39,227 bases of DNA from a virus, in the IMG/VR virus record IMGVR_UViG_3300045988_042791, positions 1 through 39,227 of that record, one strand, 5' to 3'. Shown here in pieces: positions 25,073 to 32,420 of this stretch; positions within the stretch are counted from its first letter, which is position 1, and each line of letters starts with the position of its first letter. Position numbers and translations under genes: made by a program. The notes beneath the pieces are model-generated. The model was not told the DNA's origin, did not search any database, and worked only from the letters and a program-made list of their open reading frames with translations.

Positions 25073-25223
25073 TGGTGCTTCGGGTGGGAGTCGAACCCAC
25101 GACTTTGAGGAGGACACTGTTTCTTATGACGGGCATTCAAAGAATCATGGAGCCATGGCCGGTTTGGTATCCGTCCCTGGTATCTGTGCCGTCCTTTACG
25201 CTCTGCCGTTGAGCTACCGAAGC
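25073..25223 (-). ncRNA. 151-nt tRNA-like element with canonical acceptor stem, D-arm, T-arm and encoded CCA, but 98 nt in place of the anticodon arm and variable loop
   Basis: GCUUCGG/CCGAAGC is a 7-bp acceptor stem. D-arm is GCUC-AACGGCA-GAGC. T-arm is GUGGG-UUCGACU-CCCAC, followed by A-CCA. A manual scan found no 5-7-5 anticodon hairpin. Confidence 0.6.
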
Positions 25224-25233
25224 TGGATATGAA

Positions 25234-25267
25234 AAATGGTCCAAACCATTTTCTGGCTGGACCATTT
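25234..25267 (-). terminator. Terminator hairpin immediately downstream of the candidate late promoter
   Basis: Minus sense reads AAAUGGUCCA-14 nt-UGGACCAUUU followed by UUCAU. An alternative AAAUGGU-UUGG-ACCAUUU hairpin shares the same 3' arm. Confidence 0.6.
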
Positions 25268-25286
25268 CATTTTACAAACATACGAC

Positions 25287-25314
25287 AGTATAGCATTTTA
25301 ATTGTGACAGTCAA
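25287..25314 (-). promoter_or_regulatory. Candidate late promoter: TTGACT - 16 nt - TGcTATACT (extended -10)
   Basis: Read on the minus strand. It overlaps the last codons of the upstream regulator gene. It is the only strong promoter-like site ahead of the 21-kb late operon. Confidence 0.6.
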
Positions 25315-26050
25315 GCATGGCGGTTATTTCTCCGAGGTTGAACACGTACTCTCCTTTGTGTTTTGTCGGCGTGGCGTGCAGTTTGCCTCTGGTGAGCCAT
25401 TGGCGGATCTGGTCGCTGGTGCAGTGGATGTCCATTTTGGCGAGGTAGCGTGCGACTTCGACTGGTTTTCCGGTGTATTCGAGTTGCCAGAGTTTGTTGT
25501 CGCGTTCGGCTTTGATGGCTTGGACTCCGCCTTGCCATTTGCAGTCTGGGCATGTCCATGTTTCGGCTTGTGGCGTGCTGGTGGCTTGGTAGTCGCATTT
25601 TGGGCAGGTGCCGATGATGACCATGGCTTCTTCCGGGGTCAACGCTTGTTCGTTGCGTCGGACGATGTGTTCCAGGGCGGCGTAGTCATCGGCGGCGGTG
25701 CTCATCGCCAATATGGTGTGCCGGTTGCTGATGATGGCGTACCATGCTTTCCGCCAGTCGAATCCAGCGTATGCCGTTCTGATTTTCCCTGCCTGTTCGG
25801 CCAGCCAGGCTTCAGAATCTGCGATGAGGTCTTGAGCGTGGGTGTCGATTGGCAGTGGCGCGTTGCCTCGGCTTGGCGTGTGTGTTGTGGTGCCGATGCG
25901 GGCCTGACGGAGCATGATGCTGCGCAGGGCGGGCAGTTGGACGTGGCCGAGTTGGCGGATCAGCTGCCAGTAGGTTTCGCGGCAGCTGGCGCAGAGCAGA
26001 TTCGCGGCGATCGGCTTCATTGGCTTCTGGCAGTGTTTGCAGTTGGTCAA
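25298..26050 (-). CDS. Zinc-ribbon (x2) plus C-terminal HTH protein; candidate late-gene regulator/antiterminator
   Basis: TTG start overlapping the upstream stop (TTGA). Contains CKHC..CASC and CPKC..CPDC pairs and a C-terminal VARYLAKMDIHCTSDQIRQWLTRGKL HTH. It is the last early gene. Confidence 0.65.
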   Translation of the reverse strand: MTNCKHCQKPMKPIAANLLCASCRETYWQLIRQLGHVQLPALRSIMLRQARIGTTTHTPSRGNAPLPIDTHAQDLIADSEAWLAEQAGKIRTAYAGFDWRKAWYAIISNRHTILAMSTAADDYAALEHIVRRNEQALTPEEAMVIIGTCPKCDYQATSTPQAETWTCPDCKWQGGVQAIKAERDNKLWQLEYTGKPVEVARYLAKMDIHCTSDQIRQWLTRGKLHATPTKHKGEYVFNLGEITAMLDCHN

Positions 26051-26190
26051 AGTCGGGGCTCCTTGTCGTGCTGCTGGATTATGGCTTCGATTTCGGCTTT
26101 TGGCACTTGCGGCACGAGTGGCGCGATCTCGTCGAGGCTGTATCCGGCCTGATGCCACTTGATGATCATGTTTTCGAGTATTTTCTTCAT
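26047..26190 (-). CDS. 47-aa small protein
   Basis: AAGGAAA RBS. ATGA overlap upstream and TTGA overlap downstream. Confidence 0.5.
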   Translation of the reverse strand: MKKILENMIIKWHQAGYSLDEIAPLVPQVPKAEIEAIIQQHDKEPRL

Positions 26191-26411
26191 TTGCTTTTCC
26201 TTGGTTCGATGGTCTTAATGATTCGCTGCGAGGTATCGCAGGTTGCGAGCACCTCGTATGGCCTGTGGTGGGAGTCGGCGCGCTCCTGTGCCACATCCGA
26301 TGCCTCTTGGAGCGTTTCGTACATTCGTAATGTATACCGTCTCATATCACCCTTCGGCCGGATGAGGTAGCCGGCCCAGATGCTTGTGTCCAACGTGTCC
26401 ACGCCGTTCAC
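26187..26411 (-). CDS. Hypothetical protein (74 aa)
   Basis: GTG start in a GTGA overlap, preceded by GGAGGAG. Confidence 0.55.
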   Translation of the reverse strand: MNGVDTLDTSIWAGYLIRPKGDMRRYTLRMYETLQEASDVAQERADSHHRPYEVLATCDTSQRIIKTIEPRKSK

Positions 26412-26620
26412 CGGTACTCCTCCACCGTGTCGCAGCCGATGGTCGTGCCACGGTCGGTCAGACAGACCCATGTCACGTCGCCGGTCTTGACCGTCGTCAT
26501 GCCGTAATCGGGATGCGTGCCTAGATACCAGCCCTCATAGATGCTTAAGCCAAGCATGGCGAACGCCACGACGCCTAATATCACCAGTGAGATAATCAGC
26601 TTGTCCAATCCGTCCATCAT
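26408..26620 (-). CDS. Small membrane protein (70 aa)
   Basis: N-terminal TM segment LIISLVILGVVAFAMLGL. Confidence 0.6.
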   Translation of the reverse strand: MMDGLDKLIISLVILGVVAFAMLGLSIYEGWYLGTHPDYGMTTVKTGDVTWVCLTDRGTTIGCDTVEEYR

Positions 26621-26793
26621 TCACCTTCCTTTTCGATTTTGACGGTCTCCTTGTATGGGTTTTCGCTTGTATACTGCGGAAAATCGCATTCCTGGTCTTT
26701 CCATCCGGCCGCGTAGCCTTCTCGCCATGCCTTGGCCATGCGTCGGTGGTATTCGGCGTCTGTGAGATGGTAGATGAGTTTGGGTTCTATCAT
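26617..26793 (-). CDS. Hypothetical protein (58 aa)
   Basis: ATGA overlap with the upstream gene. The longer track ORF overlaps the replication gene. Confidence 0.5.
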   Translation of the reverse strand: MIEPKLIYHLTDAEYHRRMAKAWREGYAAGWKDQECDFPQYTSENPYKETVKIEKEGE

Positions 26794-27587
26794 TGTGTGT
26801 TCTGCTCCTTGTTGAGTCGTTCTGCGAGTTGGCAGGCTTGTTGGTCTGGTGTGGCGGTTTCCTTGTCGCGTCCGAGCGCTTCGAGCACGTGAGAGCATTT
26901 CCACGTGTGCACGTGGCGTTTCGAGGGTGGTATGCCGCTCATTTTGGCTCTGCGTTGGCACCAGCCCTTCCACAGGCGCGTCCAGTCGGCTATCGTGCGG
27001 TTTTCGCCATAATGTCGGCTTAAGAATGCGTTCCACGCGTCTGACAGGTCGAGATTCGGGTAATCGCGGATTATGGCGGCATTGGCGTGGGCTTTCTCAC
27101 TGACCAGCTCGAAGTCGTTCAGCCCGATTTCTTTGGAGAAAGAAGAAGAATATTCTTCTTTCTCTTTCTTTTGGGTTCTGGTGTTCTGGTGTTCTGGTGT
27201 TTGTCCCGATTCTGTTTCGATTCTGCCGGCAGTCTGCGCAATTTCTGCCGGCAGACTGCCAGCAGAATACCGGTCATGCTCACGCTTGCGCTTGGCCATC
27301 ACCTGCTGACGGCTCCGATTATGTTCGAGATAATCGTGGATGACATAGCCGCCATCCACGGCCTCGATCAATCCGACCTGCTGCAAAGCGTCAAGCTCCT
27401 GCGTGGTGATGTCGAGCACGAATTCCGCCGTGTCCGAGTCCACGAAGCCGTCCGTGAGGTTGTCACCGCAGTAGGAAAGCATGACGACGAACGCACTGAC
27501 GGCAGAGGGCATGGTGCGACGCAACCGGCGTACCTTCCGGTTGAGATAGAAGCCATTGGCCAATTGCACGTAACCGCGCCTTGCCAT
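26790..27587 (-). CDS. Replication organiser/initiator-like protein (N-terminal wHTH, low-complexity linker, C-terminal domain)
   Basis: ATG at 27587 follows GGGGAGGA. The domain layout, with DNA repeats inside the linker region, resembles lambda O-type initiators. Confidence 0.7.
   Translation of the reverse strand: MARRGYVQLANGFYLNRKVRRLRRTMPSAVSAFVVMLSYCGDNLTDGFVDSDTAEFVLDITTQELDALQQVGLIEAVDGGYVIHDYLEHNRSRQQVMAKRKREHDRYSAGSLPAEIAQTAGRIETESGQTPEHQNTRTQKKEKEEYSSSFSKEIGLNDFELVSEKAHANAAIIRDYPNLDLSDAWNAFLSRHYGENRTIADWTRLWKGWCQRRAKMSGIPPSKRHVHTWKCSHVLEALGRDKETATPDQQACQLAERLNKEQNTQ
27144..27254. repeat. Origin-like repeat cluster inside the replication gene
   Basis: A 16-bp perfect palindrome AGAAGAATATTCTTCT; TTCTGGTG x3 in tandem; GATTCTG x2; and TTCTGCCGGCAG x2 spaced 22 bp apart. 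Confidence 0.45.
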
Positions 27588-27763
27588 CAATCCTCCCCTC
27601 TTGTGATGCCGTTGAATTCCATCCAGATTGCCTCCTGCCGTGGCGTGGTGACCGGCAGCCCGTCGTAGCTGAAGACGATGCCGCTCCCCCAATGTGGTTT
27701 CGCCATCGCATCCAGGGCTTCGGCAATCTCCACCAAGTCCGGTGGCGGGTCAAGCGTCACCAT
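27587..27763 (-). CDS. 58-aa small protein
   Basis: Coupled starts and stops on both sides. Below the ORF-track length cutoff. Confidence 0.4.
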   Translation of the reverse strand: MVTLDPPPDLVEIAEALDAMAKPHWGSGIVFSYDGLPVTTPRQEAIWMEFNGITRGED

Positions 27764-27891
27764 GACAAACCCATCATTACGGCTTGCTTCGCGTCCACCA
27801 GCCGATACCCGCAGTAAGGGCAGGTGACGTAATAGCTGCCCACCGTCTCACCGCAGTGGGCGCACTCGACATATCGGATTGCCTTGCTCAT
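27757..27891 (-). CDS. 44-aa zinc-ribbon protein (CAHC...CPYC)
   Basis: ATGA overlap with the upstream gene. Two CxxC pairs. Confidence 0.45.
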   Translation of the reverse strand: MSKAIRYVECAHCGETVGSYYVTCPYCGYRLVDAKQAVMMGLSW

Positions 27892-28208
27892 TCGTTTACC
27901 GCCTTCCGTGCGATTTCGAGCATTTCCTTGGCCTGTCTGATATATTCCTCATGGAAGCCGGGAATCTCACCGGCATAATTCCATGCGTCATCTTCGTCCT
28001 TCGCCACACAGTCGCTTTCGATGCCATCACACTTCTTGCAGCTTCGCCACAGCAGTCTTTTCGCCACGGCCTCAATCTCGGCGGCAGTTGGCGGCGCGGT
28101 ACGTCCAGCCATGTACGCTGTACCGGCAAGCTCTCGAACCGTCTGAAAAGTCAAATCATCATCCATGCCACGCTCGTAAGCGTCGGCCTCGTCCAGCAGG
28201 ATGCTCAA
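27888..28208 (-). CDS. Hypothetical protein (106 aa)
   Basis: ORF track. Coupled to its neighbours. No motif recognised. Confidence 0.6.
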   Translation of the reverse strand: MSILLDEADAYERGMDDDLTFQTVRELAGTAYMAGRTAPPTAAEIEAVAKRLLWRSCKKCDGIESDCVAKDEDDAWNYAGEIPGFHEEYIRQAKEMLEIARKAVNE

Positions 28209-28690
28209 TTCGTCCTCTTTCCGTTCGCTTCGATCATGGCGTACAGCATCTCACTCGCCGGACGCCGCCTGTAGCTATTCCGCTTGTCTCCATAGGACAC
28301 GTCGTACAGGCATCTGAGCTTGTCCCCTTTGGCCGTGGGCACCAACACTTGGTCGATGTCTCGCGGAATCTGATGGCTCACACGCAGTTCATCCGCAAGC
28401 TCAGGCGTGGTGACTAGATAGTTTTCGTCACCGTAGAACGTCAGCCCGTGACCCGATTTGAAATCAGCCATGCATGACTTGATTTCATAGCAGGAGAAAG
28501 TGCCGAGTTCCACACTGCTTGGTTCGAGCACGTAGCCGGGCGTGAAAGGCTTGAATCCGATGTAGTCGATGCGCCTGTTCCGTGGTGTTCCAAGGTCGAA
28601 GTTAACCTCGCTAGCCCAATAGCTCACGCGATTCTTCAACCTCTTCTCGACCAGCTTGGACAGCATGGCGGTGGTTTCAGCCCTGCTCAT
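28205..28690 (-). CDS. PD-(D/E)XK-like nuclease (MmcB-like)
   Basis: IDYIGF...CYEIKSCMADFKSGHG resembles a D...ExK nuclease core. Confidence 0.6.
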   Translation of the reverse strand: MSRAETTAMLSKLVEKRLKNRVSYWASEVNFDLGTPRNRRIDYIGFKPFTPGYVLEPSSVELGTFSCYEIKSCMADFKSGHGLTFYGDENYLVTTPELADELRVSHQIPRDIDQVLVPTAKGDKLRCLYDVSYGDKRNSYRRRPASEMLYAMIEANGKRTN

Positions 28691-28938
28691 TTCTTCCTCC
28701 TGAAGTACTTGTATTCATCGTGATGGAACAGGAACAGGTGAAGTCTCCACACCTTGACTGCCAACAGGCCCTTGAGTGTGATCGCATACCCGCCATGGAC
28801 ACGCTTCATGAGCTTCCTGTCGGCCAATGATTCAAGTATTCGGGGAAGCTCTTGGTTCCTTCGTTGTTGCCAGATGTAGTTCATCCCCTCAGCGATATAC
28901 AGGCAACACATGTCCTTGTCGTATTGGCTAATCATCAT
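28687..28938 (-). CDS. Small wHTH-like protein
   Basis: GGGAGG RBS before ATGATG. Contains a GGYAITLKGLLAV wing-like segment. Confidence 0.5.
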   Translation of the reverse strand: MMISQYDKDMCCLYIAEGMNYIWQQRRNQELPRILESLADRKLMKRVHGGYAITLKGLLAVKVWRLHLFLFHHDEYKYFRRKK

Positions 28939-29134
28939 TAGCCTCCCTCTCAAGGATGTAGACGTTCGTCGCGGTGACGGCGTTATCACGCAATTCCGTT
29001 GGCGGCATGGTATCCACCCGCAGAATCTGCCAACCCTCGTTCAGCAACTCTTCAAACACACCCATATTCATCAAGGTGCGCTCATCGCCGTAATCACTCC
29101 AAAAAAGTGGGCAAACCTTGTACCGTTTATTCAT
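28928..29134 (-). CDS. Hypothetical protein (68 aa)
   Basis: ORF track. Lies in a locally AT-richer patch. Confidence 0.55.
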   Translation of the reverse strand: MNKRYKVCPLFWSDYGDERTLMNMGVFEELLNEGWQILRVDTMPPTELRDNAVTATNVYILEREANDD

Positions 29135-29370
29135 TTCGCGTCCTCGCTTTGGTTAGGCACCTCGGAAGGCATGGAGCCGGAATAGCCGAGCAGGGACTGG
29201 CAGTAATTGATTACATGCTCGTAAGCCGTCGTCATTCCGTCGTAAAAGTCGTACTTCAGCACTTCTTCGTCTGGATTATCAGAAGCGTTATTAGCTGCAT
29301 TCCACTCTTTTTGCAGAAAGTCGATGACCTCTTGCAGTGTCTTGTCTTTCTCAGTCACGTTCGTCGCCAT
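29131..29370 (-). CDS. Hypothetical acidic protein (79 aa)
   Basis: ORF track. Lies in a locally AT-richer patch. Confidence 0.55.
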   Translation of the reverse strand: MATNVTEKDKTLQEVIDFLQKEWNAANNASDNPDEEVLKYDFYDGMTTAYEHVINYCQSLLGYSGSMPSEVPNQSEDAK

Positions 29371-29372
29371 GA

Positions 29373-29765
29373 TTAGTGTTCTTCCTCTTCGATTCGGATG
29401 GTGATGTGGTAGACGCCTTTTTCTGCGCTTGGCTCGCCTAACCGGTAGTCCGGGCCGACCACGTATCTGGCGTTATCGTCCGGCCAGAAATCGGCTTGTG
29501 TGATGGCGTCCAAGATTGCCTTGACCATCGGCGCCGCGTTCTCGGGGTCGAATCTGCCGTGTGTCAAGGGGTGGATGATGGCGGTCACGTGCACCGGCCA
29601 TTTGGTGGGCGGCTTGAGTTTGCCGCTGTTGATGAGACTGCGGTAGGTGAGGTAGGCGCATCTTTTCACGACGCTGGTGCGCCGGTATTTCGCCCGCCAG
29701 TCTCCACGCTTGTTCTGGGTCCACCAGTAGGCCTTCTGCACGTCGATGGTGGTTTCCTGCGTCAT
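29373..29765 (-). CDS. RusA-like Holliday junction resolvase
   Basis: 130 aa from MTQETT. The VHVTAIIHP...RFDPENAAPMVKAILDAI pattern is typical of RusA. Confidence 0.75.
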   Translation of the reverse strand: MTQETTIDVQKAYWWTQNKRGDWRAKYRRTSVVKRCAYLTYRSLINSGKLKPPTKWPVHVTAIIHPLTHGRFDPENAAPMVKAILDAITQADFWPDDNARYVVGPDYRLGEPSAEKGVYHITIRIEEEEH

Positions 29766-29929
29766 TCGTCCTCCAAAATCCAAATGTCGGCATCGCCAAT
29801 GTCCGCGTAATGGTCTTCGCTTTCGGCCTCACATTCGGGGCATGGTATGGTGCGCGCCGGATACAGCGCGCACCCATGTTTTGGACATACCGGCAGCACG
29901 TCCGGCGGCTCAATCCACTCACGCATCAT
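29762..29929 (-). CDS. 55-aa zinc-ribbon protein (CPKHGC...CPEC)
   Basis: Start overlaps the SSB stop and the stop overlaps the RusA start. Confidence 0.45.
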   Translation of the reverse strand: MMREWIEPPDVLPVCPKHGCALYPARTIPCPECEAESEDHYADIGDADIWILEDE

Positions 29930-30417
29930 CAGAAGTCAGGCTCTCCAGCCGGAGCGCCCCACGGATCATCGGCCGGAGCCTGCGACTGCTGCTGCGCCTG
30001 CTGCGGCTGCTGATAGCCGCCATTGGCGTTGCCGCCCTGGTATGAGCCTGACTGCATCTTCTGCACCTGAGCCGTCGCATACTTGAGCGACGGGCCGATC
30101 TCGTCCACCTGCAATTCGATGACCGTGCGGTTGGAACCGTCCTGCGCCTGATAGGAACGCTGCTGCAACCGGCCCTGCGCGATGACGCGCATGCCCTTGC
30201 GGAGCGTCTGGGCGCAATGCGAGGCGAGGTCACGCCAGGCCGAGCAGCGGAGGAACAGCGCCTGACCGTCCTCCCACTGGTTGGCCTGGCTGTTGTATAC
30301 GCGTGGCGTGGACGCGATGGTGAAGTTCGCCACCGTGCCGCCATTGCTCAAAGTGCGAATCTCAGGGTCGGCGGTCAGATTGCCGACGATCGTGATAACG
30401 GTCTCCCCCGCCATCAC
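29929..30417 (-). CDS. ssb: Single-stranded DNA-binding protein
   Basis: OB-fold N-terminus (ITIVGNLTADPEIR), Gly/Gln-rich linker and an acidic ...GEPDF tip. Confidence 0.9.
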   Translation of the reverse strand: MMAGETVITIVGNLTADPEIRTLSNGGTVANFTIASTPRVYNSQANQWEDGQALFLRCSAWRDLASHCAQTLRKGMRVIAQGRLQQRSYQAQDGSNRTVIELQVDEIGPSLKYATAQVQKMQSGSYQGGNANGGYQQPQQAQQQSQAPADDPWGAPAGEPDF

Positions 30418-31277
30418 TCACCGTCCTTCGCATCGGCCTGCTGCTCGGAGTCGGCTTCGGTGTCCATGACCTCGGCAGTCACGTCATCAGTCGAATCGGT
30501 GATTACCGGCTGGAACACGTCGCTGTAATCCGGTGTGGTCTCGTTCACGCTCGCGGCCTTCTTCGCCTCGATGTTGACCGGCAGATATTTGAAACTGCGA
30601 CGGATGATGGTCTTCTTCGCCATCTCCACGAAATTCTTCACCCACGGTCCGGTGATCTGACGGCTGCGATTGCGTGGCGCGTACTTCTCGCGGTATTCGA
30701 GCAGGTCGCGTTTCGACATGTAGTCGGCGTAGCGTCCGCCATTCGGCAGCTGGACAGAGAGGTACACGAATTTCAGCTTGTCCTCGCTGTGGTCGGCGTC
30801 CACGTTCACCTCGTCCGGGCATTCGATGGTCGGCACGCCATTTTCGTCAAGCTTGAGCTTGATGTTGTCATCCTCGTAGACGGCTCTCGGCTGCGCGTAG
30901 ATGCCGCTGTTCTCCAACAGTTTCAGCATGCCCTTGTAGCCGATGACGAAGGTGGCCTGCTTCTCCCCCGTGGCATAGTTCTTGTTGCCATAGGGCAGGA
31001 TGTACGCCTGTCCCAATCCATCCACGTCGGATGGGCGCAAGCCAAGTGCCGCGCACTGCATGAAGCAGGAAAGGACGCTGACCGGCGTGCAGTCGGCCAA
31101 GGCGGGTGTGCGGTTGATGCTGCTGATGCACATCTGCAACAGCGCCTCGCTGTCGAGGTTGCCGCCGATGACACGCGCGATCTGCGGCCATGAATGCTCC
31201 ACGAGCTGCTTGAGCTTGCCCTTCGGATTGAGTGGCTGCAACTGCTGGCCTTGTGCCTGCTGTGCGATTGCTCCCAT
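30414..31277 (-). CDS. recT: RecT-family single-strand annealing protein
   Basis: Begins MGAIAQQ. Contains the typical ...SVLSCFMQCAALGLRP...AYILPYGN core. Paired with an exonuclease. Confidence 0.85.
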   Translation of the reverse strand: MGAIAQQAQGQQLQPLNPKGKLKQLVEHSWPQIARVIGGNLDSEALLQMCISSINRTPALADCTPVSVLSCFMQCAALGLRPSDVDGLGQAYILPYGNKNYATGEKQATFVIGYKGMLKLLENSGIYAQPRAVYEDDNIKLKLDENGVPTIECPDEVNVDADHSEDKLKFVYLSVQLPNGGRYADYMSKRDLLEYREKYAPRNRSRQITGPWVKNFVEMAKKTIIRRSFKYLPVNIEAKKAASVNETTPDYSDVFQPVITDSTDDVTAEVMDTEADSEQQADAKDGE

Positions 31278-31279
31278 TT

Positions 31280-32242
31280 TTATTGCTCCTTGTCTTCGAT
31301 GGTTTTGAGTGCGAATTTGCGGTAGGTGGTGGCTTTGACGGTGTATTCCTTGCGGGTCATCGGCTTGTAGGTGGCTTGCAAATTCCCGCACTTGATGCCG
31401 GTGTGCGAGCCGATGCGCAGAATGATCTGCTCCTGCAATTCCTTCTGAGCGGCCTTCATGTCATTCAGCATTCCGGTGGCGCTCTCGTATCTTGCGAGCA
31501 GGTCGTACAGGTCGTCATCGTCGCTTTCGTCCACGATGTCCGGCGTGGGTTCGGGGAACGCCTTCTGCACATCCCCGCCGGTAAGCTGTGGTGGAGTACC
31601 CGTGGTGACGAAATGCCAGAAGTCGGCGGCGGCCTTGTCGATCGCGGACATATCCTCCACGTCCGCCTGGAACGGGATCTCTACCGGCTCATCGTCTCCG
31701 ATGGCCGCGTACACGTAGCCCCACGTCCATCCAGTGACGAGCGCGTAGAATTCGACCTGAGCGAGATAGTAAGGCGGAATACGGAGGTTGCCGTCCTCGT
31801 CATGCCAGTCCCCCGCTCGGCGATTACCCGCCGTCTTGATTTCGAGGATTCCGAAGCTTCCGTCTTCCTTTTGCAGGATGCCGTCAAGGGAAGCGCGCAG
31901 GTATGTCTTCTCGCGGCTGATGAACTGCTTGTCGGTGCCGTCTGTGACGATCATTTCCGGATGCTGCGCGCGGAAACGCTTACGAAGCTCGTTTTCCAGG
32001 GCATTGCCCTTGACGATCGCCCACTTGTCGGAAATGTCCTCCGGTTCCACGCGTCCGGTCTTCTCCAACCACAATTCGTAAGGCGTTTTGAACGCGTTAA
32101 GGCCGAGAATCGTGCTCATGTCGGAACCGCCCACACCGGCCTTACGGCTCTTCAGCCAGGCAAGATGACGTTCGGCCTGCTTGCACTGCTTGAAACGCTC
32201 GATCTGATAGCGTTCCGTATCCTTGAGTGGAATACGCTTCAT
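31280..32242 (-). CDS. YqaJ/lambda-Exo-like recombination exonuclease
   Basis: GVGGSDMSTILGLNAFKTPYELWLEKTG is the YqaJ N-terminal signature. Confidence 0.85.
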   Translation of the reverse strand: MKRIPLKDTERYQIERFKQCKQAERHLAWLKSRKAGVGGSDMSTILGLNAFKTPYELWLEKTGRVEPEDISDKWAIVKGNALENELRKRFRAQHPEMIVTDGTDKQFISREKTYLRASLDGILQKEDGSFGILEIKTAGNRRAGDWHDEDGNLRIPPYYLAQVEFYALVTGWTWGYVYAAIGDDEPVEIPFQADVEDMSAIDKAAADFWHFVTTGTPPQLTGGDVQKAFPEPTPDIVDESDDDDLYDLLARYESATGMLNDMKAAQKELQEQIILRIGSHTGIKCGNLQATYKPMTRKEYTVKATTYRKFALKTIEDKEQ

Positions 32243-32243
32243 T

Positions 32244-32420
32244 TCAGGCTCCCTGCTGATTGCTTGGCTTGTTTATGTCTGCTTTGATGATGTCGGCGTC
32301 GAAATAATCGACCAGCAGATTGGCGATGCCCAACGCGGACGTCCTGAGCTTGGTGATCTCCGCCTCGGACTCTGGCTCGATGGTGAAAACGCCGCTCTCG
32401 CTATCGAAATGGAGCTTCAC
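32244..32420 (-). CDS. 58-aa small protein
   Basis: GTGA overlap with the upstream stop. It ends 1 nt before the exonuclease ATG. Confidence 0.4.
   Translation of the reverse strand: MKLHFDSESGVFTIEPESEAEITKLRTSALGIANLLVDYFDADIIKADINKPSNQQGA

Noticed and set aside
25073-25223. tRNA-like element as a tmRNA, or as two unrelated tRNA fragments or an att scar
   Set aside because: A true D-stem and a U3-A70 pair argue against tmRNA. The perfect 7-bp complementarity of the two ends argues that both halves belong to one molecule rather than to chance fragments. It is kept as an unexplained tRNA-like RNA.
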